Part shown: one piece after another, positions 9,767-20,200 of the stretch
Layout of the letters: the number at the start of each line of letters is the position of its first letter
Position numbering within the stretch: position 1 is the first letter of the stretch
NCBI GenBank assembly: GCA_963666345.1
Contig: OY762721.1
Location: 2,112,001-2,176,000, forward strand
DNA length: 64,000 bases
Origin: Desulfatiglandales bacterium
GTDB taxonomy: Bacteria > Desulfobacterota > DSM-4660 > Desulfatiglandales > Desulfatiglandaceae
Direction: 5' to 3'
Notes under the pieces: generated by a model
What the model saw: the letters and a program-made list of their open reading frames with translations, nothing else
What the model was told of the DNA's origin: nothing
The model's database searches: none
Position numbers and translations under genes: made by a program

Positions 9767-10426
9767 ATGAAAAAGCTATCAGCCCTTATTTTTGACTGTG
9801 ACGGCGTAATGTTCGATTCAAAACAGGCCAACATAAATTACTACAATTACCTGCTGAGGCATTTTAATCTTCCTCCACTCGGCGAAGAAGACTTTGAATT
9901 TGTGCATTCACACACCTCTGATGAATGTGTGGCACACCTGTTCAGAAAAACCCTTCATGTTGACAAGGCTCTCGCTTACAAGGCGGAAATCTCCTATACC
10001 CCATTTATCAGGGAGATGATCATCGAGCCGGGGTTAATGGATCTTTTGATCTCACTGAAACACTTTTGCGCTCTGGCCGTTGCCACAAACAGAAGCGACA
10101 CGATCACAGAAGTATTAAAGACCTTCAAACTTGACGCCTGCTTCGATATTGTCGTGTCCTCCCTGGATGTACAAAACCCCAAACCCCACCCGGAACCGAT
10201 AATAAAGATCCTTGATTTTTTTGGGATCAAACCTGAAGAGGCGCTTTATATAGGAGACTCCGACGTAGACTCTCAGGTATGTCGGGCATCAGGCGTTTCC
10301 ATGATAGCCTACAGAAACAGGCGTATAGAGGCCCCCTTTTATGCGGACAGCATCCTGGATGTAAAAGGCATTCTCAAGGCCTTTGACATGATCATGCCGA
10401 AGACTTTAGCACACAGAGGCATATAA
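9767..10426 (+). CDS. HAD-family hydrolase (phosphoglycolate-phosphatase-like)
   Basis: FDCDGV motif I, KPHPEP, YIGDS; ATG at 9767 preferred over TTG at 9731. Confidence 0.85.
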   Translation: MKKLSALIFDCDGVMFDSKQANINYYNYLLRHFNLPPLGEEDFEFVHSHTSDECVAHLFRKTLHVDKALAYKAEISYTPFIREMIIEPGLMDLLISLKHFCALAVATNRSDTITEVLKTFKLDACFDIVVSSLDVQNPKPHPEPIIKILDFFGIKPEEALYIGDSDVDSQVCRASGVSMIAYRNRRIEAPFYADSILDVKGILKAFDMIMPKTLAHRGI

Positions 10427-10535
10427 AAAAAATACCCGTAGTTAGGATATTTTTTCTCCCTCAAAAGGGCAACCTAAAAAAGCTGGGCTTCCGCCTGCGC
10501 TTATAAACGGGAAACAACAGAGATGTCAATACTCA

Positions 10536-11462
10536 TCAAAGATATGACTCAAACTCCCTGGATATATACCAGCTGGGAACCGCAAAATTTATCGCACCGT
10601 AAGAACTGAGCCCCAGACTTACAACACCCACGAGCCTGCCGTTATTATCCACTACGGGGCCACCGCTGTTGCCCCCGATAATAGAGGCTGAAAACTGGAC
10701 CCAATCTCCTTTGTAGGGCGGTTTGATCTTGAGTTCTTTTTTGAAATCCTTTTCCAGAAACAGCCTGCTGAAATTCCCGCTTGTAACGGTTTCCTTGAAG
10801 GCAAGCAGAGGATTGCCTATCACAAATACCGTCTCCCCCCTTATAAGGGACCCCGGGTCTCTCAGTTCAAGAAAAGGGGTAGGCCTGTCTACCGCAACCT
10901 CGATAAGCGCAAGATCATGGTTTCGACTCCTTTTAACGATGCGCACGGAGCGTATTTTATCATCACCCGGAAGTTCAGCCTTCATACTGTAGGTAATGCC
11001 TTTCACCACATGTTTTGCCGTTATCGCCAAGCCTCTGTCGTTTATAAAGAAACCGGAACCGCCACCCCTGTTGTTTGAAAGTCGGAAGGTGCAGTTTATG
11101 GAGTGTTCGACAGGAGTTCTTGAGGGAAGAGGATCTAATTTCTCTTTTGACGGCTCCTTGAAACTTCTTTCCTCAACCTGCCCGCCCACATCTTCAGGGA
11201 CAGGCCTGTTACCTGAAAAATGGATCTTTCCTTCCTTGTCGGTCCATATGAAGGCCTTTCCGGCCTCTGAGTCGCAATCGGGGCCTATGACCACAAGGGA
11301 TGATAAACAGACAAAGATCAGGATCAGCAGAATTTGAAAGCAAAAAGCCCTCTTTATTGGTGCCCTGTTTTTTTCTGATTTTTTTTTGAAAAACCCGCTT
11401 AATTGGAAAGCTATGGACATTACTTTGATTGGCCTTTTACGGGTGAGACTGCCTTGGATCAC
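10536..11462 (-). CDS. trypsin-like serine protease with DUF4124-like N-terminal domain
   Basis: GSGFFI, TAKHVV, DLAL, GNSGGP triad motifs; WTDKEGKIHFS; start uncertain. Confidence 0.8.
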   Translation of the reverse strand: MIQGSLTRKRPIKVMSIAFQLSGFFKKKSEKNRAPIKRAFCFQILLILIFVCLSSLVVIGPDCDSEAGKAFIWTDKEGKIHFSGNRPVPEDVGGQVEERSFKEPSKEKLDPLPSRTPVEHSINCTFRLSNNRGGGSGFFINDRGLAITAKHVVKGITYSMKAELPGDDKIRSVRIVKRSRNHDLALIEVAVDRPTPFLELRDPGSLIRGETVFVIGNPLLAFKETVTSGNFSRLFLEKDFKKELKIKPPYKGDWVQFSASIIGGNSGGPVVDNNGRLVGVVSLGLSSYGAINFAVPSWYISREFESYL

Positions 11463-12223
11463 CTGATTTTTTCCATGAGGCGTCTTGCCTCTTCTGCATA
11501 TGGCCCTTTAGGATCACTTTCTATCGTCTTTTCAAGTTCTCTCTCTGCCGCCTCTACCCATCCCTTATCCATATAAATCCTCCCCAGATTCAAACGGGCC
11601 AGGGGGTAATCCGGGAAGTATTCAAGGGCCTTGTGATATGCGGTTATTGCATCTTCCCATCTGTCAGTTTTCTCGTATACAAGCCCAAGCTTTACATAAC
11701 AGGGCCCAAAGGAGGGCAATATTTCAAGGGCACGCCGGTAACTTTCCATTGCCTTTGGATATTCACCTTTTTTGTAATAGGCCCAGCCCATGTTATGATA
11801 GGCGAAATGAGGTGTCGTATACAGGATATTGGATGCCGCCCGTTTAAAACATGCTATGGCCTCGTCCCATCTTTGGAGCAGCAGGTATAATGTTCCAAGG
11901 TTGTTGCTTGCCTCGGAGAAATCGGGTCGGATTGACAGGGCCTTCTTAAATTGCAGTTCAGAGGAATCATATTCTCCGAGGAATCTGTATATAAGGGCTA
12001 TCTGATGATGTGCATCGGCATTATCAGGCTGCAGCTTAACTGACTCGAGCAGTTTTGCCAGACCCTCCCTTTGATTGCCCTGTGCCACAAGGGAGTTCCC
12101 CAGGTTTTCCAGGGCGTTAGCCCTTTTATTGGAATTAGCCTGATCTGTTACGCATGCGGCGGCAAAAAAGATCAGAAGGCATAAAAGCAAGGCCTTTTGA
12201 AGGGATATATAAATGAGATGCAT
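11459..12223 (-). CDS. TPR lipoprotein, PilF/PilW/Tgl-like pilotin
   Basis: Lipobox-like FAAAC, multiple TPRs, NILYTTPHFAYHN; directly follows pilQ. Confidence 0.75.
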   Translation of the reverse strand: MHLIYISLQKALLLCLLIFFAAACVTDQANSNKRANALENLGNSLVAQGNQREGLAKLLESVKLQPDNADAHHQIALIYRFLGEYDSSELQFKKALSIRPDFSEASNNLGTLYLLLQRWDEAIACFKRAASNILYTTPHFAYHNMGWAYYKKGEYPKAMESYRRALEILPSFGPCYVKLGLVYEKTDRWEDAITAYHKALEYFPDYPLARLNLGRIYMDKGWVEAAERELEKTIESDPKGPYAEEARRLMEKIR

Positions 12224-12234
12224 CTAAGAATTCC

Positions 12235-14595
12235 TTACTGCAATATCGTCCCTTCAATTACCTGAGGGGTGAGGAATATAAGCAGTTCGCTTTTTTCGCG
12301 TGTCTTTGTTTCAGCCTTAAACAGCCACCCCAGGACGGGAATATCTTTTGCCCACGGATATCCCGCCTCCGAGGTAACGATATCTTCCTTGAAGATCCCC
12401 CCGATAACAACGGTTTCACCATTTTTGACCATCAGCTTTGTCTCTATCTTCTTCTCCTGTTTCTCATTGACGCTTATGGCGGTATCATCCGTAACCTCTA
12501 CGGTCATGGTCACATGGGAATTATCCGCGCTTGTGGTGGGAGTAACCGTCAAAGACAGGGTGGCGGTAATCTCTTTCGTGTCTATCTGATCGGCTGTTAC
12601 AACGTCTTTATACAGGATGGTACCCCTGCTGATCGTTGCCTGCTGACCGTTCATGGTTATTACCTTTGGGGCGGAGATTATGTGGGCCTTGCCTTCGGTC
12701 TCGGCAAGCGCAAGGGATGCGTCCAGGGATATGGCTCCCAGTCCGCTGCTGGTAAGCCTGGCAAAGGAGATACCGATATTTGGAGTCCATGTGGCCGGGC
12801 TGTTGGATGAGAGGCTCCCGCCATAAAGCAGGTCATTAGGATTGGCAAAACCTGTAGCTGCGGTAACTCCCCAGTTCTGGGCCTGATCACCTCTACGCAG
12901 CCCTTCTATTGCATTCCACTGGACCCCCAGGTCCCGGCTGAAGCTGGAGGTGGCATCCACGATGCGCGCCTGAATCATGACCTGCTTTTCAGGCACATCA
13001 AGCTTTGCCACCATTTCCTTGACCTTGTCGATTTTGGACCTTACACCGTTCAGGATAATGGTGTTTGTTCCTGAATCATAGGTAAGGTAAAGATCGGCCT
13101 TTGCGACCTCAGTCTTTTTCCCCTCTTCCTCACCTTTTGCCACGACCTTTTCAGCCGCACCTTCAAGCTCCAAAATACCGGGCTTAGGCGGATCAGCATC
13201 CTTGTCACCCACAAGCATCCTGAAAATATCTTCAACCTTCCTGTTCTTTATGACGATGTATTCAACAACCTTGGGCTGAAAGACCTCTTCTATCTGCTTC
13301 TGTGCCAAAAGCGATTTTGCTCTCTCTCTCTCCTTTATCTCCATATCGATCAGCTTGGCCTTTGGAACCACCCACATGACATTGCCTTCAATAGTGTAAG
13401 TAAGATCATTTGGTTTTAACACCATTTCAAGTGCCTGGTCCCACGGCACATCATCAAGTTTCAGAGAGATCTTGCCTTCGACATCGCTTCCCCATACGAT
13501 ATTCATTCCTATGGCTTCGGCTATAAGCTTGAGGATGTTCCTGATATCGGTGTCGATAAAGTCAAAGCTCATCCTCATGCCGGCATAATCCTTGGAAAGG
13601 ACATCGTACCTGCGTGCGCTCGATTCATTTTCACCCTCATTCTCATTTGTTCCCTTACTTTTAGGGTGATTAAGATCCAGTCTGGCCGGACCCTTTGAGG
13701 ACGCACCGAAATCTATCTTCAACTCCCTTCCTTCCTGGGAAATATGGTAAGGCACAAGCTCCCTTAGGGATATATCCACTAAAACGGTTTTATCTAACAC
13801 AGACGAAGAGGCCTTTATGCCCTTTACAGCCCCTTCAAAGTATTTGGAATCCATCCTCCTTTTAAGTAAGTCTGGGATAGTCGCATCTTTGATCAAAACC
13901 AGCAGGTGCTGTCCCTCTTTCATCTTGGTGCTGTAATCCAGTTTTTTGCTGGAGGTTATGGTAGCCCTTGATCTGCTTTTTTCAAGAGGGGCAAAGTCAA
14001 TACCAAGGATCTGGTTCAGAGCAGAAGAGCCCGGCTTGAAAAAGGTCCTTGATTTCTGCTCCGGAACATTCGTCGTCTTACGATAGGAGGCTGGTTCCCC
14101 GGCAGTCTGTTTTTCCGTAACCTTTGCGGATATCTTTTCAGCAGTGAAGAGATCAAGCACTATTTCGGCGCCCTGAGAATCAATTGAGTAATCGCAATTG
14201 CTGCTTGAAAGACCCAGCTCAATCCTGGTTGATGCCAGATCACCCGCACGCTCTTTTAACTTCAGGGACTTTACTATCGGGACATTATCAACAAATGTCT
14301 GCCTTTCCAGATTCGGTGCCGGCAATCCCTCTATATCAATAAACAGGCGTGGCGGTTTGTCCATTTTGAACAGCGCATAACGGGTCTTGGAAGAAGTAAG
14401 GATAGTTATCCTTGCACCATCTCCCTTTTTTATCACCTGGATTGCTTTTACAGTGGCCGAAAGATTCAGCTCTTTTTGATCCACTCTCTCTGCGGCTGTC
14501 TGGGTGGACACACAACCATAGACAAAGAGGCTGCACAATATAGCCGATATCATGCAGAAAGATGCTCTACCCATCCCGCCTTCAAATTTATTCAT
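12235..14595 (-). CDS. pilQ: type IV pilus secretin PilQ
   Basis: AMIN-like domains, MSFDFIDTDIRNIL, DDVPWDQAL, QVMIQARIV, GETVVIGGIF, ELLIFLTP; start moved to the ATG after GGAG. Confidence 0.92.
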   Translation of the reverse strand: MNKFEGGMGRASFCMISAILCSLFVYGCVSTQTAAERVDQKELNLSATVKAIQVIKKGDGARITILTSSKTRYALFKMDKPPRLFIDIEGLPAPNLERQTFVDNVPIVKSLKLKERAGDLASTRIELGLSSSNCDYSIDSQGAEIVLDLFTAEKISAKVTEKQTAGEPASYRKTTNVPEQKSRTFFKPGSSALNQILGIDFAPLEKSRSRATITSSKKLDYSTKMKEGQHLLVLIKDATIPDLLKRRMDSKYFEGAVKGIKASSSVLDKTVLVDISLRELVPYHISQEGRELKIDFGASSKGPARLDLNHPKSKGTNENEGENESSARRYDVLSKDYAGMRMSFDFIDTDIRNILKLIAEAIGMNIVWGSDVEGKISLKLDDVPWDQALEMVLKPNDLTYTIEGNVMWVVPKAKLIDMEIKERERAKSLLAQKQIEEVFQPKVVEYIVIKNRKVEDIFRMLVGDKDADPPKPGILELEGAAEKVVAKGEEEGKKTEVAKADLYLTYDSGTNTIILNGVRSKIDKVKEMVAKLDVPEKQVMIQARIVDATSSFSRDLGVQWNAIEGLRRGDQAQNWGVTAATGFANPNDLLYGGSLSSNSPATWTPNIGISFARLTSSGLGAISLDASLALAETEGKAHIISAPKVITMNGQQATISRGTILYKDVVTADQIDTKEITATLSLTVTPTTSADNSHVTMTVEVTDDTAISVNEKQEKKIETKLMVKNGETVVIGGIFKEDIVTSEAGYPWAKDIPVLGWLFKAETKTREKSELLIFLTPQVIEGTILQ

Positions 14596-14662
14596 GGAAT
14601 TCTCCCCTTCAGTGGAACCTTTCCCTAAACTCTTTCTCTTTGCTTTATAACTATCTTCAAAA

Positions 14663-15967
14663 TCAAAACTCCTGATAATCCTCAAGGACGGACTCAATTA
14701 TCTTTCGTCTCAACGGCCCTTCATCCTCCGACAGATCAAGCCTTCTAACAAATATAGCGGGATCGTCCCTATGATATACATAGTTTACAACAAACACATT
14801 CATGCCCGGGTTAACCCTAAATCGAAATTCGCGGATGTAATCAGGTTTAGAGGTTATGCTTCCATACAGGCGCTGTGCCACTGGTTTAAATGTGGCTACA
14901 GCGGTATGAAAACCAACGGGAAGCTTCATGCTCCAGTTATCTTCAGCCATAAAAAAACTCCAGCTTTTTCCACTCTCCTCAGGGGCTATCTGCAAGCCCC
15001 TACCCCGATCACCCCATAGGTACTTAAATCTTAAATTGGGACCGTTTCTCTTTGCGAGCTGATAAAAATCGCTCCTTTTGGGCACGGTGTAGCATTCAAG
15101 CTCGGTAGCTTTTCCGCCCGCCGTCTTTATCATAAGAGAAAAGCTTTTTATAACGTAATTAAGCCCCATGAAATCATCCTGTCCCTTTACCCTGCTCTCC
15201 ATGACCCGGCCGTAGCGCAGATTTTTACTAAGCTCTTCAGAGTCTTTGCCTTTCCTGTAAATTATAATTCCATCCCTTGCTACCCACCAGGGATTTAGAT
15301 CGTCACTCATAGGCTGAGTCAGAAAAAAGACATCTCCCGTATTAATGGTTTCGGAAACAGGAGCGGTGGAGGACTTATCCTTGCCTAATACGACCTGCTT
15401 AAAATAGGCATATCCGGATTCAGTCAAATCGGGAGCCCAGTAAAGATGAGGCATATCGGTAAAAATGGGCTCCACTCTTTCATGATACTCATAAGGCTTT
15501 GACAGACCCCAGACGTTTACTTCCCAGACAATCTGAGAAGGCTCGGAAGAGATTATCTTTCCGAATATATATACGTCCGCCTTGAGCTCCGCGGTTATAC
15601 CCGCCCGCAAGGCAGGCAGCTTTCCAAAAAGATCGGCGGAAACGATGCTGTTCTCAAGTGATTTTTTCCGAGGCACTATTTCAAACTGTGAATTTCTTCC
15701 AAGGGCAGCCCTTAGACTGTCTGAAATATAGCGGGAGGCGACGATTATATTGCCCGCATCGTCGGTAAAATCAAAAAGAGCTACCTTGATTCGGTCCTTA
15801 TCCTCCTGGTCGAAATAGTAGGAAGACAGAGTCTTCATCAGGGATTGGGAGAAGCTTTTTATTCCATCGCCTTCATTTGAATGATCTATGCTTTTTTCAA
15901 GGGCCTGAGCATTAAAGGCGACGGCAAAAAAGCAAATAAAAAAGATTGCCCTGATCAGCCTTTTCAT
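14663..15967 (-). CDS. exported hypothetical protein with FlgO/CsgG-like N-terminal segment
   Basis: Signal peptide (AQA), VALFDFTD..SRYISDSL..DVYIFGKI; AGGAG RBS. Confidence 0.7.
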   Translation of the reverse strand: MKRLIRAIFFICFFAVAFNAQALEKSIDHSNEGDGIKSFSQSLMKTLSSYYFDQEDKDRIKVALFDFTDDAGNIIVASRYISDSLRAALGRNSQFEIVPRKKSLENSIVSADLFGKLPALRAGITAELKADVYIFGKIISSEPSQIVWEVNVWGLSKPYEYHERVEPIFTDMPHLYWAPDLTESGYAYFKQVVLGKDKSSTAPVSETINTGDVFFLTQPMSDDLNPWWVARDGIIIYRKGKDSEELSKNLRYGRVMESRVKGQDDFMGLNYVIKSFSLMIKTAGGKATELECYTVPKRSDFYQLAKRNGPNLRFKYLWGDRGRGLQIAPEESGKSWSFFMAEDNWSMKLPVGFHTAVATFKPVAQRLYGSITSKPDYIREFRFRVNPGMNVFVVNYVYHRDDPAIFVRRLDLSEDEGPLRRKIIESVLEDYQEF

Positions 15968-16028
15968 AAATTTCTCCTAATCAGTATTTGCTATTGGACT
16001 CTTAATGAGTGCCGATAAGAAAAGATCC

Positions 16029-16616
16029 TCACTCGTAATACTGTGAGGCCATTTCCATATCAATAAATTTATATTTAATATTCCCGTCTTTATCTAAATA
16101 TGGTTCCTTTATGACAACTTTTCTCGCATATTCCTTACCATAGGGGGTTTTTTTTGTTTCCCTTATTATATCCTCCACGGTTCCGCCGTTCCCACCTATG
16201 AAAGTTCCCTTCTTGACAACGTAGCCGATCCCTTTAGGATCTCTCACCATGGCCCATGACTCTTTTGGTCCCTTAATAATAGCGGTAAGTTCCAGCTGGG
16301 AAAGTTCAAGCTTCTGAAGTTCCGTCCTTGCTTCCTTAAGAGACTTAAGTCGGTTGAGGGCTGCAAGCTTTTTGCTCCTTTTTTCCTCAAGTTCCTTTAG
16401 GATTTCCTTTCTCTTGACCAGAAAAGAGGCAAAGGGATCTGCCTTATCTTTTGCATCGTAGACATATTCGGTACTTTCTTCAGGATTGTCCTGATACTTT
16501 TTTTCTCCCGCCGCTTTATTAATTGCATCGGCCGCCGCCATGGATAAACCGGCAGAAAGGAAAAGACAAACCGCCGCAACCAGAATGAAAAAACTTATAG
16601 TTCCCTTTTTCAGCAT
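16029..16616 (-). CDS. pilP: type IV pilus assembly protein PilP
   Basis: YDAKDKADPF, LQKLELSQLELTAII, AMVRDPKG.GYVVKKG..IG. Confidence 0.85.
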   Translation of the reverse strand: MLKKGTISFFILVAAVCLFLSAGLSMAAADAINKAAGEKKYQDNPEESTEYVYDAKDKADPFASFLVKRKEILKELEEKRSKKLAALNRLKSLKEARTELQKLELSQLELTAIIKGPKESWAMVRDPKGIGYVVKKGTFIGGNGGTVEDIIRETKKTPYGKEYARKVVIKEPYLDKDGNIKYKFIDMEMASQYYE

Positions 16617-16617
16617 C

Positions 16618-17235
16618 CTATTTTTTCTTCTTCTTCTTTTTTTTAGACTTTTCTTTTTCTTCATCGGCCTTGCTCTTGAACCTGTAGGTGACAGCGGTAC
16701 ATCTCGTCTTCAGATCGGTTGAAAGTTCCTTTTCAGGCTTCATTGAGACATCCAGTATATTGACAATCCTTTCCATCCTTCCCACTTTACTGAAAAAGGT
16801 GGCCACATTATGGTAATTCCCGTTGACCTCAATGGCCACAGGTATCTCAATGTAGAAATCCTGGGACTGTTCTTTCTGCGGGCTGAAAAGCTGAAACTCC
16901 AAATCGGATTCTCTTCCCAGCTGGCTGACCGTTCCGAGCAGACTGGGGATCTCCCTTTCGTTAGGCAACAGCTTCAGTGCCTCTCTAAACTGGGCATCCA
17001 CCATGGCCTGCTCCTTCTCGAACTTTGCAAGATTTTTTGCCCTTTTCTTAGCAACCACGAGCCGTTGCTTGAGATGGGAGATATCATCAGTAATGCTTGA
17101 AATTTCTCCTGTCTTGGGCAGATAAACAAAATAGACAAAAAGAGCGGCCAACACGAATATTGTCAGCAGAAATACCAATATCCTGTAAGATTTCTTTATT
17201 CTTTCAATTTTTTCAAAAAAGGTGCCTTCAGGCAT
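16618..17235 (-). CDS. pilO: type IV pilus assembly protein PilO
   Basis: TM plus coiled coil, LLPNEREIPSLL, FYIEIPV, GNYHNVATF, RIVNI. Confidence 0.9.
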   Translation of the reverse strand: MPEGTFFEKIERIKKSYRILVFLLTIFVLAALFVYFVYLPKTGEISSITDDISHLKQRLVVAKKRAKNLAKFEKEQAMVDAQFREALKLLPNEREIPSLLGTVSQLGRESDLEFQLFSPQKEQSQDFYIEIPVAIEVNGNYHNVATFFSKVGRMERIVNILDVSMKPEKELSTDLKTRCTAVTYRFKSKADEEKEKSKKKKKKKK

Positions 17236-17256
17236 TAATTTTATCCCTTTCGCCTA

Positions 17257-17859
17257 TTAACCCTTTCCTTTTTTCTTATTATCCTTTACGACCTTTTCTT
17301 CAGGTTCTTTATGGGAATAGGTCTTACAGCTCAAAACAAAATCGGTAACGTCCATCTCAAATTGCGTCAGGTTCTTGAGCTTTGTGCTTTTTAGATCGAC
17401 AGACGTTATGGTCTCAGCCTTTTCAAGTTTTGTCATAAACAGGGCGACCGTCTTGTTATCGATCGCGGCACCTGCGATAGTCAAAATTCCCTTTTTCTCA
17501 ACTATTGACTCAAGCCATAATCTGTCTTTGGGAACGGCAGCGGATATTTCATCAAGCAACCTTACCGGGCCCGTCTTTTTCTTCTCGAGCCCCTTTATAA
17601 CTTTCAGCTTTTCCTGAGCCTCTTTGATCTTCCGCTGTATCTCTTTTATTCTTTCGGTCGTCTTTGCATATTTTCTGAGCTCACCCTGAATCCGAGATTG
17701 CTCCGCCTGTAAAGCCGAAATTCTATTATTGAGGCTTAAATAGGCATAACCCATAAGGGCAATAAAAAAGATAATGGAGAGTAGAAATATACTCACCTGC
17801 CTGCGTATGTTCTCTCTTTTTTTTGCTGCCCTAAAGGGGAGTAGATTTATTTTTATCAT
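17257..17859 (-). CDS. pilN: type IV pilus assembly protein PilN
   Basis: IKINLLP N-terminus, TM, coiled coil, VP..LWL. Confidence 0.9.
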   Translation of the reverse strand: MIKINLLPFRAAKKRENIRRQVSIFLLSIIFFIALMGYAYLSLNNRISALQAEQSRIQGELRKYAKTTERIKEIQRKIKEAQEKLKVIKGLEKKKTGPVRLLDEISAAVPKDRLWLESIVEKKGILTIAGAAIDNKTVALFMTKLEKAETITSVDLKSTKLKNLTQFEMDVTDFVLSCKTYSHKEPEEKVVKDNKKKGKG

Positions 17860-18953
17860 TTGTCGCCAATGCTTCTCAGCGCCAAGCCGACCGCAACTGC
17901 TGCCTGAGGCGCCATATATGAAAGGTAATCGGCATCAAAGTGCTTTTCGTTTGCAATAAGATTAGCAAAAGGGTTCAATTCGGTTACAGGGATATCCGTC
18001 TCAAGCTGAAGATATTTCTGGAACCCGGGGATCCTACAGGCTCCCCCGCATACGAGGACCTTTTCTATGCTCTCATCCGGATAGGTGCTGGCCACAAAAT
18101 CAAGTGCCCTTTTTATCTCCTGAACCCAGTCCGACACAACAGACTTGAAGATCTCCTCCAACTCATCTTTGTCACGGTCGACATTTGACCCGCCAAGCTT
18201 GATATTTTCCGCCTCTTCGAAGCTCACCTTGTATTTGGAAACGATAGCTTCAGTTATCTGGGAACCTCCGTATGAAGAATCTCTGGTAAAAAGAGACACG
18301 CCGTTCCTTACGACATTTATACCCAACTCCTCGGCACCTATATTTACAATCGCGTAGGCACCCTCCGGTTCGGCATCTTCCGTGCTTATTTCAAACGCAT
18401 TCTGCAATGCAAAGGCATCGACATCAAGCACGCCGGGGCTTAACCCTGCCGAATCAAGCAGGTTTGCGTAGTCATCGATGATATCCTTTTTGGCGGCCAC
18501 CAGCATCACTTCCATCTGCTCGGAGGCCTGTTTTTCATCACTCCCCGACTTGTTTTCAGCGCCCTCCTCAAATGAAGGCAGGATATCAAAATCCAGATTC
18601 ACCTCGTTTATATCAAAAGGGATGTACTGTTCCGCCTCTTCGTGGATAGTACTTTCAAGTTCAGATTCTTCACGGCTGCTCAACACTATCTTCTTTACAA
18701 TTACCGAGTACCCGGAAATAGAAGTGGACACGTTCCTGTTTTTGATTTTAAGGTTTTCAAACAGGTTCTTTAAGGCAGAAGAGACAACATCTATCTCCTT
18801 GATGGATCCCTCGACAATAGCATCGGGAGGCAGTCCTATTATTCCAAAATTCTTAAGGACCCTCCCCTTTTTGCTGTGATCGATCTCAACGAGTTTTATT
18901 GAGTGAGATCCTATGTCAAGACCTATCAGCTGATTTTTTTTCGGAATAGACAT
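17856..18953 (-). CDS. pilM: type IV pilus assembly protein PilM
   Basis: IGLDIGSHSIKLVE, EAEQYIPF, LDVDAFAL, AVAVGLALR. Confidence 0.93.
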   Translation of the reverse strand: MSIPKKNQLIGLDIGSHSIKLVEIDHSKKGRVLKNFGIIGLPPDAIVEGSIKEIDVVSSALKNLFENLKIKNRNVSTSISGYSVIVKKIVLSSREESELESTIHEEAEQYIPFDINEVNLDFDILPSFEEGAENKSGSDEKQASEQMEVMLVAAKKDIIDDYANLLDSAGLSPGVLDVDAFALQNAFEISTEDAEPEGAYAIVNIGAEELGINVVRNGVSLFTRDSSYGGSQITEAIVSKYKVSFEEAENIKLGGSNVDRDKDELEEIFKSVVSDWVQEIKRALDFVASTYPDESIEKVLVCGGACRIPGFQKYLQLETDIPVTELNPFANLIANEKHFDADYLSYMAPQAAVAVGLALRSIGDK

Positions 18954-18967
18954 GATAATCAGATATT

Positions 18968-19168
18968 CTAGGCCTCTGGGAAAACCTTTTCCTTGAGAGA
19001 AAGATCATAACCCAGGGCAAGAATAATTTTTCTCCTTGTCTCCATTCTGCAGTTCTTTCCGCTCTCTACCCGGTCAATAGTAAGAGGTGAAACGCCGGCC
19101 TTTCTCGCAAGCTCGGCCTTACTCATCAACTGACCCTCTCTTATTGATTTTACAGAATTACGCCCCAC
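18968..19168 (-). CDS. small XRE-family HTH protein heading the pil operon
   Basis: MSKAELARKAGVSPLTIDRVESG helix-turn-helix; GGAGG RBS before GTG. Confidence 0.85.
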   Translation of the reverse strand: MGRNSVKSIREGQLMSKAELARKAGVSPLTIDRVESGKNCRMETRRKIILALGYDLSLKEKVFPEA

Positions 19169-19301
19169 GTTGTCCTCCAGTTATTGATGTCTCTTATTGA
19201 ATATTCAAAACCATACTATAATGATATTTTTTGTATCTTAGAGCATATTGGGCCATCTTTGTCAATTGCTTTTTTATAATTTAAGCTAATTGGATATAAA
19301 T

Positions 19302-19349
19302 TATATATATATAGTAGCAACAAGATAGTATCCACACAATATATTGTAT
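19302..19349. promoter_or_regulatory. tandem NrdR-box-like palindromes
   Basis: ACACAATATATTGTAT (19334-19349) plus a degenerate copy with core ATATATATAG 32 bp upstream. Confidence 0.45.
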
Positions 19350-19579
19350 CTTTAAAAACCGATATAAGACATCATGGGAAAGCAAGGCTCAAAATCACAA
19401 AAAAAATCAGATCCCTATTCAGGCAAATCAACCCAGGCGTGGAAAGGACCGGGATATTCAAAAATCCTTTTTTGAGCAGATGCGACCCTGTCGGTCAAAA
19501 TAGGGAAAAAGGTTAAAAATACCTTTACAAAATCGGGTAGGAAAGATTAAATTCCGTGAGAAATTTCTAGGAGGCCTCC

Positions 19580-20200
19580 TTGAACGTTAATCTAAGAGGG
19601 AAAAAACAAAAGAAAAAAAGTGTGTTTCGGGAATATGCCGAAGCCGCCGTAATTGCCATCATACTGGCCCTTTTCATAAGGACTTTTGTTGTTCAGGCAT
19701 TCAAGATACCTTCCGGATCAATGGAGCCGACGCTTCTGATCGGAGACCATATACTTGTCAACAAATTCATTTACGGCATTAAGATGCCGTTTACGAGAAT
19801 CGGCCTGATACCCATCTCAGAGCCTGACAGGGACGACGTCATCGTATTCATATATCCGGTGGATCCCGGCAAGGACTTTATAAAAAGGGTTATAGGACTG
19901 CCCGGTGACCGCATAGAGATAATAGAAAAAAGGATATTCATAAACGGCAAACCTTATGACGACAGGTATGGGTCATACACGGAGATATCAGGCAAGGAAG
20001 GAGGCATATCACTTGAAAAGGCCCATTTCGGGCCTGTCATCGTCCCTGAAAAACACCTCTTTGTAATGGGTGACAACCGCAACCATAGCTACGACAGCAG
20101 ATTCTGGGGGTTTGTACCCCAAAAATCGGTAAAGGGAAAGGCGTTCATAATCTACTGGTCATGGCCTCACTGGAAACGCTTTTTACACCTAATCCATTGA
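19580..20200 (+). CDS. lepB: signal peptidase I
   Basis: IPSGSMEPTL, FIKRVIGLPGD, GDNRNHSYDSRFWG; AGGAGG before TTG. Confidence 0.95.
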   Translation: MNVNLRGKKQKKKSVFREYAEAAVIAIILALFIRTFVVQAFKIPSGSMEPTLLIGDHILVNKFIYGIKMPFTRIGLIPISEPDRDDVIVFIYPVDPGKDFIKRVIGLPGDRIEIIEKRIFINGKPYDDRYGSYTEISGKEGGISLEKAHFGPVIVPEKHLFVMGDNRNHSYDSRFWGFVPQKSVKGKAFIIYWSWPHWKRFLHLIH

